Assembly: GCF_006345805.1 (NCBI RefSeq)
Contig: NC_043015.1
Location: forward strand, 22,816,001 to 22,880,000
Direction of reading: 5' to 3'
Length of the DNA: 64,000 nucleotides
Source of the DNA: Octopus sinensis
Lineage: Eukaryota
Both the position numbers and the translations under genes were made by a program. The notes below the pieces were generated by a model. It was not told where the DNA came from, did not search any database, and saw only the letters and a list, made by a program, of their open reading frames with translations. Shown piece after piece: positions 14,880 to 27,952 of the stretch (the first letter of the stretch is position 1; every line of letters begins with the position of its first letter).

Positions 14880-16065
14880 TTGGGTCACCCCAAAATTACG
14901 GAGGTTTTCCGATTGCATGAACTAAAAGTCGGAGGGGGACAGGATAAACTACCTGTTATAAAAGCAGACAGTAATTTTACTTTGTACTTATTCTTAGAGG
15001 ACTTTTTCAATATTGCAGTTCGATTTTAACAGTTATTTTTTCAAAGTTATAAAGGAACTGACAACGGAGCATATTCGGCATATATTTCTTTATTAGTTCA
15101 ATAAAATTAACATCGCGACGGAAAGTGTAAGGAATATTAATGCAGTAAATAGTTACCATGCAATAAGTATCAACGGTGGTAACAGAAATTCTGAGCCGGA
15201 AACTACAGCCTAAAATCTGAGCCTTCTCCTGAAAGATCTGTAGAGCTAGACGAGGACGTCCTGCAAAATCGCATCGTAACTGTTATGGAATTAGCAGAGA
15301 ATCTTGGATTTTGTCATTCAACCATTTATCGACAGCAAATTGAATCAATGAGATCCTCACAAACTTTCCGCGCCTAATTCCGCGTATAGAGTTAATGTGG
15401 GTTCTTCTTTGCTATCAAGTGTCACAAATAAACCTTTGTATGATTCAAGTAGTGACTGGAGACGAGAAAGGATTTCTCTATAAAGATGTCAAACGACAAA
15501 GACAGCGAGTAGGAAAAGGTGAAACATCGGCATTTCGGGCCAAAGAATGTCTTAAACAACGTAAGATCTTATCTCTTTGGTGGTTTATGAAATATTTATT
15601 ACACTTTGAGCTTTTAAAACGAAGCCAAACGATAACAAAGGAGATCTGTTGCAGGCAGCTTAAGCGGTTTAAGTTAACGCTAGAAGGAAAACGACCAACT
15701 CTAGTTTCCAAACGAAATGTTCTTCCAACAGGATAATGCTTGGCCACATACAGCGAGGATGACATTCCACAGGCTGGAGCAATTTGAATGGGAAAGGAGG
15801 CCTCACCTACCATATTCGCCAGACATTTTTCCATCTGATTATCATTTATGTCGTAGTGATAAAAATCATTTGGACGTGAAAAATATGAATTCTGTAGACG
15901 AGGTTGGAACAGTACAAGAGGAGTATTTTTCGTCACGGACAAGTGAAGTTTGGAAGAGGGGCCTTGCAAGTCTACCAGATAAATGGAAGAGCATTGTAAT
16001 AAAACGAAGGAGAGTATATTTCAGTTTTAAAAAGAAATTTGTTCATCATATATATCGGTAATTTA
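14880..16065 (+). mobile_element. decayed mariner (DD34D-type) DNA transposon
   Basis: VTGDEK, FQQDNAWPHT and HLPYSPDIFPSDYHL motifs; 5' TIR-like tgggtcaccccaaaattacgg at 14881 with only a partial counterpart (cggtaattt) near 16056. Confidence 0.9.
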
Positions 16066-17315
16066 TATTTTTTCACATCTTTGTCAAATAAAACAACACA
16101 CCGTGCTATTTTGATGCCAGATCAGCCTTCGCATTATTGCTCTTGTTGCTGTTGCTGGGTGTGAGATTGTTGCAGTTGCCCTTACTCTTTTATTAACGAT
16201 CAGGTAATAATTGTCTTCCAACTGAGGCCATACTATTGTTTTGTTGCAGGATGTGTCCTAGAATACACATTGATAATGTTTGTTTCTTTTTCTTTGCATT
16301 TAACGATAACAATAGTGTAAATCCTTCCTTAGAGATAAGTTCAAACTATCTCCAATTCTGACCAGCTGGCTTTAATGAGAAGCAGAGTACCTGTGACGGT
16401 ATATTCAATGATTCAGTCAGCTGTTACGATAGACAGGTGTTTTTACTGTTCCGAGAGACAATTGTCTTCTTGCCTTATTTTATGAGTTGCAGTTTGATGA
16501 GTGAGGCAATCATTACAAATAACAAAATAATATTGTCACAATTAGGTCAATGATCATTTCTCTTTCGAAATATTTAAACAATATCACCGCTTCAGTAGAA
16601 AAAACATTTTGAAAGAAAGAGTGATGAATTGCCCTGCAACATTTCACTGTATGTTTGTATTTAGCAAATTTAAACTAGTGAGAGGCAAGTTTTAAAATTT
16701 CGGTGAAGATTGACTATGATTATCTTAGCAATGCTGTCATGTCATTCAATTATTTAAAAGGAGGAAAAAAGAGAAAGCCAAAATCTACTGGTTCCGGACA
16801 ACTACAGAACAAAAAATAAAAGTGCTGTGACATTGCAAATACATAATTTCATAACAGTAACATATTCGCAAGAAATTGTATTATCTGACAAAGGTGAAAC
16901 TGTGTTAAATTCTTTCACCATATATAGTTTGTTAGCAACGTAACTGATTCTAACAGACGGGATATACTTATTCATTTAATAAATTGGCGGTTTTAACGTA
17001 GTTAATATAGTTAATATAACAAATACATACATTTACACATAGCTACAGGCAAGCGCGCATATGTATTGGAATTATGTAAGCAGATACATGTTGGTAGTCT
17101 TTCCTAGTCTGAGAAAGACAGTTCTGCAAATTCGTGCTCAAAACCTGCATAAGCAATTAGTTCATTATGATTAAATGTTTGTGTTGTACATTCGCCAACT
17201 CCCTCCATCTTATAGATGTTGACTGACAATTGCTGGGTGTACCACGTGTCAGGTGTGGAAGTGATCGCAGAGCACTGTGAGACGAAGTGTTTTGTTATAC
17301 CTAAGAAAGCATATG

Positions 17316-17373
<58 letters not shown>

Positions 17374-17581
17374 GCGTGTGTGTCTATGAAGGATAGAATG
17401 GACTAGTTAGAACTGGAAGATACTCGTGCATGTAAAGGGACACTGAAGAGGTCACATGTGTGTGACGAATATTTGCTGACATTGTAAATAGATCAAATAA
17501 CAACAATAATAACTAAGTGGGGAACGAATACATAGTGCGTGTGTTTATTTTGCAGCGAAAAAATGAAAAATTACCAGCCCG

Positions 17582-17621
<40 letters not shown>

Positions 17622-17710
17622 ATAGATAGACGCAAATATATACATGTAAGTCTGTACACATGTGTTTATGACTATTTATGTCTGTGTTTGAACGAATTCT
17701 TATTCCTATG

Positions 17711-20462
17711 ACGCACATCACAGATCAGCGCACATACATACATAATTATATGTATACACACAACATCCACCCATACACATACATAGCCAAATCATAAATA
17801 ACTAAATAAATAATATAAGAGGTATAATCGTAACTATATACATGGAAAAACAGAGAAACTAACCGGGATGCACATACATGCATGCAGAAATCCAGCCCCC
17901 CCAAAAAAAAACGACATCAAGGCCGCGGTATTAACTAAGAAGATCCACTCACATATTTCAAAAACATTAATTGCAAAGATAACATATAATGTATATACAA
18001 ACGAAAACATGAATGCCAGCACCACCACCATCACACCAACAACAACAACAACGAAATGGCACAAAGCCGCCTACCAAAGACAACACGCCCCGCCAACACC
18101 AACACCACTACTACGACGTCAAATGCTACATCCAAGCCTTCTGCTGCTAATACCGCCAACACCAACACCACTACCATGACTTCAATTAACACTGCCACAA
18201 TTAACACTTCTACTGCCAAATTCAAAACGAATTTTGCGGACGTAACAAAACAAAAAAGAACATTGTAACATTCACCACACAAGAGATAAACCGCACAAAG
18301 GCACTCTTCTCCAAAGAAGGAGACAAATTGCACCTTCATATTCCACAACACATCGTGGAAAACACACAAAAAAAAACAATAATTTATAAAGTAATAAACA
18401 AAAAAACAAGAAGAACAGAAAATGCACCGCAGGAAAAAAATCGATAAATGCCTTCGTCCTGTATGGGACTCCAAGGAATATATCAGTTGGGGGAAACCAA
18501 ATTTGGTACAGTCCAAGTACGTTTCCTCAACGAAAGTTTAGCAAAACGTTTTTCCACATTGGAGCTGCATTCGGACGACTTGGTAATGATACCAGTCTAT
18601 TTAAACAAAAGGGTCACGAAAGTCCAAATAAAAAACATACCATTTGATGTCGAAACACAATGGTTGGTCTCTGCCATCTGCTTTGAAATGTCAGAGACAA
18701 TGTCAGAGACAAACATCCTGGAAATCGCGGTTCTAGGAGAGAAAGACTATGTGGGCAAATCAATCGAATTCCTGCTTCAATTGGATGAAGCAGCAAGAGA
18801 GAAGATACCCACCCTATAGAACTGCCAGGAGGCTACAAACTCTATATAGTGGTAGAGGGCAGGCGACCACGCTGCTATTGTGTGGAAGGAAACACACTTG
18901 AAAAGACGTGCCCAACCACTGCACACCAAGAGCAACAACAACAACCACTACCACAACCAAAGCACTCCGGAAAAAAAGCTCTACTACCCACACCACATCA
19001 ACACAGAAGACGAAAAGAGAAGCACACCAAGCTAATCCGTCATCAACAAAAACCACTCGACACCTGAAAAAATACCAACACCACCATCAACAGCAAAACC
19101 CAAAGGAACAGAAAAAAAGAAAAGAAAACACACCACAAAAGATCCCCCATCCCTTATACCGCACTCAACACACACAAACACTCAACCCAACAACCAACGA
19201 AAACAACAACACAACCACTTACACAGACATACATAGAAGCCCACAACATACCCCTACCCCCTTCTGATTCCTCAGAAATTTCGTCGGAAGACGAAACCAG
19301 TGAGGAATGGCAAATAGCTACAAAAAGAAGGAAAATAAAGAGCAGAAACACAACCAAACCCAAATGCAAACACGAACAAAGCAGGGGGAAATACATCTCC
19401 CGAAGACATTTCAAAACCCAACGCAAACAACAGCCACACCAACACCACAAAAACATATACAGCAAACATGCTCACAGCAATAGACACCAAAAACACAAAT
19501 TTGATGGAATACATCCAATCAAAAACAAACATAACAGAAGATGACATAAAAACAAACAATCACCCATACACAACACCACCAGACCACATCAAAATATTAC
19601 ATATCTCCAAAAGTCTGCACCACACACTCAAAGGCTTTTCCCCAGTGCGGTTGGTAAATGCCAAAAATATCTCACAAAGAAACGGTACTGGGATCTTCTC
19701 GAGGACAAACCAACGGAGGAGAAAGCAAAAACTTTCGAGCAGTAAGTACCCTCTGTATTCTAATTCATTAGAACTATGATCAAGATTGGTTGTGTAAATG
19801 CGCGTGGCTTGGGGTCCCCTTGGAACAAGGGTACCTCTTAAATGACATAAAGTCACATAAGTTAGAAATCATAGCCATAAGCGAGACCAGACTCCACAAT
19901 CCGCGGGCCCTAAAGACCATGTTTGGCGGACAGTTCAACATTTATTTTTCCCCCTGTCTGCCGAGAATGGGCGGTAGTGGCACCGCGGTACTTTTTCACA
20001 AGAGTCTGGATCTCAATGTAAGGACAATATTCGTAGACCCGGAGGGTAGACTGGTCGTCCTGGATGTCGACGGCAGCAATGGGTGCGCTTTTCGACTCGT
20101 ATCAGTTTACGCACCGCCCTTAACAGGTCGGGCGGATTTCTTTCAACGTCTAGAAGTTTTCTTGGGAACGTCTCGTCCTTTACTCTTAGTGGGGGATTGG
20201 AATGCTACCTTGGACACGCATGTAGACTACGTGGGTAGAGATAGGAATAGACGGGGATGCAAATGCCTCAGAGACCTGCTCAGGACGCTTTCAACTCTCT
20301 GACAGGTTCCGACTAGACCACCCGAATGCGCCAACGTGGACATGGAGCAACCGCATCGGGTCGTCGAGATCGTATCTAGATAGGATACTGTGTAGGACAG
20401 TAGATAGAGATAGCATAGGATGTCCACAATTCCACATAGTCAGCTACACGGATCACAAACTT
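17711..20462 (+). mobile_element. Tx1-like (L1 clade) LINE, copy 1: 5' region, ORF1 and APE endonuclease, 3'-truncated
   Basis: Near-identical to 22450-25202; IVVEGRRPRCY zinc knuckle; APE motifs NARGL, ISETRL, VYAP, GDWNA; ends at YTDHKL. Confidence 0.95.
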
Positions 20463-20803
20463 ATGCTGTTAGTTGGTCGAATATTGTATTTCCAAAAACA
20501 GCTATCAATTACGGCAATATTCCAGCCGAAACTAATAAGAGAAAGTGAAAAATTTAAACGGTTTGAAGCTAGTTTGCATATTTTGATTACATACTTTTTC
20601 TGAAAATCTCTAAACGAACGACATATATACTGGAACCATATCAAAATAATAGATATACAATCCCTTACCGTTTTCTGTAAAGTGGGTGTTTATCAATTCT
20701 ATTAGAGAAACACGGTATTTTACACAGATACACATATAGACGTATTGATGTCTATTTATATATATATATATACATATATATACATATACATACATATGTA
20801 TTG

Positions 20804-20858
<55 letters not shown>

Positions 20859-21633
20859 ATATATATTAAGAGAGAGAAAGACCAAAGTGTACGTACGCCG
20901 ATATATGTCTATAAAAAAGAATGGGACAAGAAAGCAGCAGGCGACAACAAAAATCCAGAGAGATAGATGATACAAAAAGGGACAAGAAAAAACAAGGACG
21001 GGTCATTTGGAGTTTCCTTTCCTCTGTCGAATTGTAGATTATCGTTGTAGTTTCGGCTGGTTATACTCGAGATGGTTCCAATCTGGCCAGCCTCAACGAA
21101 AATCTAAGCTCAGAGCACCAGATTCATTGGAAGGAAAGCACCGAATGTACATGAAAACAAGGACGGAAAAAAACGGAAACGGTAAAAAACGGAAATACAA
21201 ACGCAAAAGCAGGACATTAACAACAGGTGTCTTTCGACTAAGGGCGAATTAAATTAAGCCGGCGTGTATGGAAGTGAAGCTTTAGGCATAGACATAAGGG
21301 ATGACAGGCATTGGAGGGAATATAGATTTTGCACGGATGGTAGTCGAACCAAGAAAGATGGGTCAGGCTTGACAGAACACCGGAAGGAGAAGAGAGAAAT
21401 AGAGTCAGGAGGTAGATGAATTAGGGAGGGACGAAAAATAAAGAAAAAGAAAAAAGGGACAGAGTGAAGTAAAAGAGGAGGGAAAGTGAGAATGAAGGGA
21501 AGGGCAAGAATTATGAGAGAGGGAGAGCGAAAAAAACAAGAGTGGAAAGAACGAAATGGGAAGGGGATGAAAGAAAGAAAGAGTGGAAAAATAAGAGAGT
21601 CGCACAAATGTATTATATATATATATATATATT

Positions 21634-21791
21634 TACAAACTGAGAAAATGGAGAAACATACTTAAATCAATCAATCATCAACCATCAGATAATACCCAAT
21701 CAATACTTTATTACACCATTACATAACAGCAAAGACATTATACATAATATATTGTAAATATAACTAGACATGGATATATAAATATAAAATA
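21634..21791. repeat. left arm of a 158-bp inverted repeat (partner 28450-28607)
   Basis: gagaaaatggagaaacatacttaaatcaatc...ctagacatgga is the reverse complement of 28450-28607 with few mismatches. Confidence 0.9.
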
Positions 21792-21799
21792 CAATTACA

Positions 21800-21920
21800 T
21801 CATATCTGACAGCTGTTACGGCCGTGAGGACAAGTATGTCTCATTTAACCTATTAGCCATATAAAGCAGGTATAAATGAGACATTAACAAGGATGTCTCA
21901 CGGCCTCTTCAGAGAATTTA
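21800..21920 (-). ncRNA. type I hammerhead ribozyme-like motif (Penelope-type), one core substitution
   Basis: Minus strand: UCU-CUGAAGA-GGCCGUGAG...CUCACGGCC-GUA-ACAGCUGU-C-AGA; palindromic stem III, GUC site, GAAA changed to GUAA. Confidence 0.75.
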
Positions 21921-22226
21921 ATATAAGTGTGAAAAAAATTTACATATAAATATAAAAATATAAAAATATAAAAATGTGTGCATAGACACTCATAATTCTA
22001 CACATATAATATACACATTAATACAATAATACAATATAACACAAAATATATCAGTATACATTAACAAACACAGTTATTTTCCATATTGGACTCCTAGTTC
22101 CATAACTAACATCAATGAAATACATGTACACTCACATTTAAATTTAAAGCAGACATATATATATATAAAAAACCCAGTCCAGTTCATTAAAATGTATAAC
22201 CCTACAAAAAGTCAATAAAAATTAAT

Positions 22227-22269
<43 letters not shown>

Positions 22270-22749
22270 GTAATAATAACAACCATGATTGTACCATGTA
22301 CAGCAAGCAGACATCTACATATCAATAAGTCTAATTCATCTGTCCGCTTGATATTGATTATCCTAGATAGATTCGATTGGCTTATAGTTTTAAATTTGAA
22401 TCACAATCGAAATTTTACGGTTAGTTAGTCAAGAAACGCACATACGCACACGCACATCCACAGATCCAGCGCACATACATACATAATTATATGTATACAC
22501 ACACACATCCACCCATACACATACATAGCCAAATCATAAATAAATAAATAAATAATATAAGAGGTATAATCGTAACTATATACATGGAAAAACAGAGAAA
22601 CCTAACCGGATGCACATACATGCATGCAGACATCCAGCCCCCCCCAAAAAAAACGACATCAAGGCCGCGGTATTAACTAAGAAGATCCACTCACATATTT
22701 CCAAAAACATTAATTGCAAAGATACATATAATTATATACAAACGAAAAC

Positions 22750-24484
22750 ATGAATGCCAGCACCACCACCATCACCACCAACAACAACAACAACGAAATT
22801 GGCACAAAGCCGCCTACCAAAGACAACACCGCCAACACCAACACCACTACTACGACGTCAAATGCTACATCCAAGCCTTCTGCTGCTAATACCGCCAACA
22901 CCAACACCACTACCATGACTTCAATTAACACTGCCACAATTAACACTTCTACTGCCAAATTCAAAACGAATTTTGCGGACGTAACAAAACAAAAAAGAAC
23001 AATTGTAACATTCACCACACAAGAGATAAACCGCACAAAGGCACTCTTCTCCAAAGAAGGAGACAAATTGCACTTCATATTCCACAACACATCGTGGAAA
23101 ACACACAAAAAAAAACAATAATTTATAAAGTAATAGACAAAAAAAAACAAGAAGAACAGAAAATGCACCGCAGGAAAAAATCGATAAATGCCTTCGTCCT
23201 GTATGGGACTCCAAGGAATATATCAGTTGGGGAAACAAATTTGGTACAGTCCAAGTACGTTTCCTCAACGAAAGTTTAGCAAAACGTTTTTCCACATTGG
23301 AGCTGCATTCGGACGACTTGGTAATGATACCAGTCTATTTAAACAAAAGGGTCACGAAAGTCCAAATAAAAAACATACCATTTGATGTCGAAACACAATG
23401 GTTGGTCTCTGCCATCTGCTTTGAAATGTCAGAGACAATGTCAGAGACAAACATCTGGAAATCGCGGTTCTAGGAGAGAAAGACTATGTGGGCAAATCAA
23501 TCGAATTCCTGCTTCAATTGGATGAAGCAGCAAGAGAGAAGATACCCACCGCTATAGAACTGCCAGGAGGCTACAAACTCTATATAGTGGTAGAGGGCAG
23601 GCGACCACGCTGCTATTTGTGTGGAAGCGAAACACACTTGAAAAAGACGTGCCCAACCACTGCACACCAAGAGCAACAACAACAACCACTACCACAACCA
23701 AAGCACTCCGGAAAAAAAGCTCTACTACCCACACCACCATCAACACAGAAGACGACAAGAGAAGCACACCAAGCTAATCCGTCATCAACCAAAAACCACT
23801 CGACACCTGAAAAAATACCAACACCACCATCAACAGCAAAACCCAAAGGAACAGAAAAACAAAGAAAACACACACAAACTGATCCCCCATCCCTTATACC
23901 GCACTCAACACACACAAACACTCAACAACCAACAACAACGAAAACAACACACAAACCACTTACACAGACATACATAGAAGCCACAACATACCCCTACCCC
24001 CTTCTGATTCCTCAGAAATTTCGTCGGAAGACGAAACCAGTGAGGAATGGCAAATAGCTACAAAAGAAGGAAAATAAAGAGCAGAAACACAACCAAACCA
24101 AATGCAAACACGAACAAAGCAGGGGGAAATACATCTCCCGAAGACATTTCAAAACCCAACGCAAACAACAGCCACACCAACACCACAAAAAAATATACAG
24201 CAAACATGCTCACAGCCATAGACACCAAAAACACAAATTTGATGGAATACATCCAATCAAAAACAAACATAACAGAAGATGACATAAAAACAAACAATCA
24301 CCCATACACAACACCACCAGACCACATCAAAATATTACATATCTCCAAAAGTCTGCACCACACACTCAAAGGCATTTTCCCCAGTGCGGTTGGTAAATGC
24401 CAAAAATATCTCACAAAGAAACGGTACTGGGATCTTCTCGAGGACAAACAACGGAGGAGGAAAGCAAAAACTTTCGAGCAGTAA
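22750..24484 (+). CDS. Tx1-like ORF1 (Thr/Asn-rich N-terminus, CCHC zinc knuckle), frameshifted in this assembly
   Basis: Pieces 22750-23121, 23188-23385, 23488-24057, 24047-24484; CYLCGSETHLKKTC. The start codon is uncertain. Confidence 0.75.
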
Positions 24485-24515
24485 GTAACCCTCTGTATTC
24501 TAATTCATTAGAACT

Positions 24516-27500
24516 ATGATCAAGATTGGTTGTGTAAATGCGCGTGGCTTGGGGTCCCCTTGGAAACAAGGGTACCTCTTAAATGACATAAAGTCACATA
24601 AGTTAGAAATCATAGCCATAAGCGAGACCAGACTCCACAATCCGCGGGCCCTAAAGACCATGTTTGGCGGACAGTTCAACATTTATTTTTCCCCCTGTCT
24701 GCCGAGAATGGGCGGTAGTGGCACGCGCGGTACTTTTTCACAAGAGTCTGGATCTCAATGTAAGGACAATATTCGTAGACCCGGAGGGTTAGACTGGTCG
24801 TCCTGGATGTCGACGGCAGCAATGGGTGCGCTTTTCGACTCGTATCAGTTTACGCACCGCCTTAACAGGTCGGGCGGATTTCTTTCAACGTCTAGAAGTT
24901 TTCTTGGGAACGTCTCGTCCTTTACTCTTAGTGGGGGATTGGAATGCTACCTTGGACACGCATGTAGACTACGTGGGTAGAGATAGGAATAGACGGGGAT
25001 GCAAATGCCTCAGAGACTGCTCAGACGCTTTCAACTCTCTGACAGGTTCCGACTAGACACCCGAATGCGCCAACGTGGACATGGAGCAACCGCATCGGGT
25101 CGTCGAGATCGTATCTAGATAGGATACTGTGTAGGACAGTAGATAGAGATAGCATAGGATGTCCACAATTCCACATAGTCAGCTACACGGATCACAAACT
25201 TGTGACATGTACGCTAGACTTAGGTAAGACACTTAGGCAGGGTCCCGGATACTGGAAACGAAACGCGTCTTCCCATCGAGACAAGTTTTCAGAGACCGGA
25301 TTAGCACACTAGTAAAGAGGGCTTTGACGGGAGCCATCATCAACAACAAATGGTGGTTTGCCCTCAAGAGAGCAGTAAAAGCAGAAGCGATTAGGTACAG
25401 CAAAGCACTAGCCATAGATAGAAATAGAGTAGAGGGTGAGCTAGTTAAGAAGCTAGGAGGCAATTAGAAGCGGCATCGCATCCGACGTTTTGGCGGCGAG
25501 GTTGGCCCTCGACCAACACTTCAACGCCAAACACGAAGGATGTGCTGTCAGAGCTAGGATGCGTGCTCTAAGGAACGAAGGTGTTGAGCCGCGCGAGAGA
25601 GGCCCGGGTGGCAGAGGCGCAACAGGGCAACAAAGCCACCATTCGGTCACTGGTAGATGAACAGGGGCGCGAATTGCTCGAGCCAAGTAAAATGTGTGAG
25701 GCCTTTCAGCAGCATTTTGCCCGACTGTTCGGAACGAGTGGAGGGCAAGAACGTAGGGTGGACTTCAGTGCCTACCTACATAGCCTACCACGACTCTCGA
25801 CAAGAAAGGCAGGGTGCTGCGAAGGTGCCATCACGGCGGCGGAAGTGCGGGAAGCGATGGCAGAATGCTCGAGGGACAAATCACCGGGTTTGGATGGTCT
25901 ACCCTACGAGCTTTACAATTGTATGCCAGACTTGTTTGGAGATCTCTTGGCGGCGGTGTACTGCAACTGGCAGCAAAACGGGAGCATTCCTGGTTTTGTG
26001 AGCCGAGGAGCCGTAACACTGCTGAAGAAAGATCTAAACAAGGGAAATGTAATAGATAACTTTAGGCCCATCACTCTGCTTAATGCAGACTTGAAAATTT
26101 TGGCCAAGGTGCTAGCCAAGAGGTTGGCGCTTGTCATCGAGAAACTGGTCGACAAGGCGCAAACATGCGCGCCGTGCCAGGCCGGACCATCCATGACAAC
26201 CTCCATCTGATGCGCTACATCATAGACAGGGTAGTTAACGAACCTGGCATGGGTGGGGCCCTGATCAACTTGGATCAATCGAAAGCCTTTGATAGGGTGG
26301 ACCATCGATACTTGGAGGCAGTCCTGAGAGCGGCTGGTTTCGGACCCGTCTTCCGCGGCTGGATAGCTGCCTTGTACAGAGACATCCGTTCGGTAATTCG
26401 CGTAAATGGACATCTATCGAGACCTTTCGACATTGCACGTTCGGTCCGTCAGGGATGCCCCCTCTCGGTGCTTCTATACGTATTGACTCTTGAGCCACTA
26501 CTGCGGAAGCTGGCGACTCTAAGGGGCATCCCGCGAGAATTGGGATGCGGGACGAGCGTGTCTGCATACGCGGACGACGTCACCGTCATAGTGTCTAGCC
26601 ACGAGCACATCGAGCTGGTCGGCGAGACACTGAAAAACTACGAAGCGGTGACAGGAGCGAAAATCAACCGGGAAAAGTCAGTGGGCTTGCGACTAGGCAC
26701 CTGGAGAAGCAAGCCCATGCCGTCCACCAGCGCTCTCGTCGTGGGACGCTGGACCGACGGCCCGGTTGAGTTGCTCGGGGTCTGGTTTGGTCCGGACCTC
26801 CAAGTGGAGAAGAACTGGAACGAGATAACGAGTAGGGTGGTCACTCTCGCCCGGCAATGGGCCGAGAGGAAACTGTCCCTAAAAGGTCGAGCGGAGGTGG
26901 CGAACACGTACATCGCGTCCGTCATCTACTACCGCCTGACCGTCGTACCTTGTCCGACCCTACCATCACCAAACTACAACGCATCCTCTTTCGCTTCTTG
27001 TGGAAAGGATGCGTCCCGATGGTCAGGCGATCCATTTGCTGTCAACACCCGTTAAAAGGAGGGCTGGGCATGCCGTGGTTGATGATGCGCAGACACGCGC
27101 TGATACTGCGACATCTCTGGCTCTATGTAGACGACGGTGAACAGGTGTGGTCGCCGTTTGTGAGGCACGCTTTCCCGCAGCTCGTCTCCATGACCGAACT
27201 GCAGTCGTGGATCAAAAAGAGGCCGAGGAAGGGCGAATGGCACCGCGAGTGTCGCGTTGCTCTCAAGCAACTCTGCCGTCCTGGGTCGACCTTAAGTGAC
27301 TTCAACACAACCAAAGCATTCTATAGGGGTTTAGTGGAGGGGAGGTACGACGACGAGCTCGGGGCGAACCTGGACGTCGACGAGGAGTACCTGACCCGCC
27401 TGTTCGGGACGACTTTCGGGCCAGGGCCCATGGACAACTTCCAGAGATCCCTGGCCTGGCAGTGCTACCGAGAAGCGCTACCCGTTCGGGATAAGCTCTA

Positions 27501-27952
27501 CAGACACGGCTCGAGAAACACGGGGCCGACCTGCCCGAGATGCGGTCAGAGCGACGAAACCGTTCTGCACGCACTCGTTCAGTGTCCAACAATTTCCGAC
27601 CTGTGGGCTTATGTCGAACAACTGCTGTCACGTGTGGGACGAGTCGGTTTATCAGCTGAGTCTATCGTCAATATTGTCACGCCTCCTTCCTTCAAACGGG
27701 AAGGAAGAGCTATTTTCATCATCCTTGTGGCTATGCGCGAAAGAATGTATCTGGTGGACGCGTCTGAAAGGATTGGAGACAAACACTTTCCTCTCTGGTC
27801 AATCTCTCATCAACTTCTTCAAGTACCACTTGAAAAGGAAAGTGAGAGTAGAGAGGCAAGTTTTGTCTAGCGAATGTTTTAAAAAAAGATGGGTGAATGT
27901 AGCAAGAATGGCACGTATGAATGACGAAGCCACCTTGAGCATAGTCCTATGA
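24516..27952 (+). CDS. Tx1-like ORF2 (APE endonuclease, reverse transcriptase, C-terminal zinc finger), frameshifted in this assembly
   Basis: MIKIGCVNARGL; GDWNA; KSPGLDG; NFRPITLLN; LDQSKAFDRVDH; VRQGCPLS; YADD; CPRCGQSDETVLHALVQC. Confidence 0.9.
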
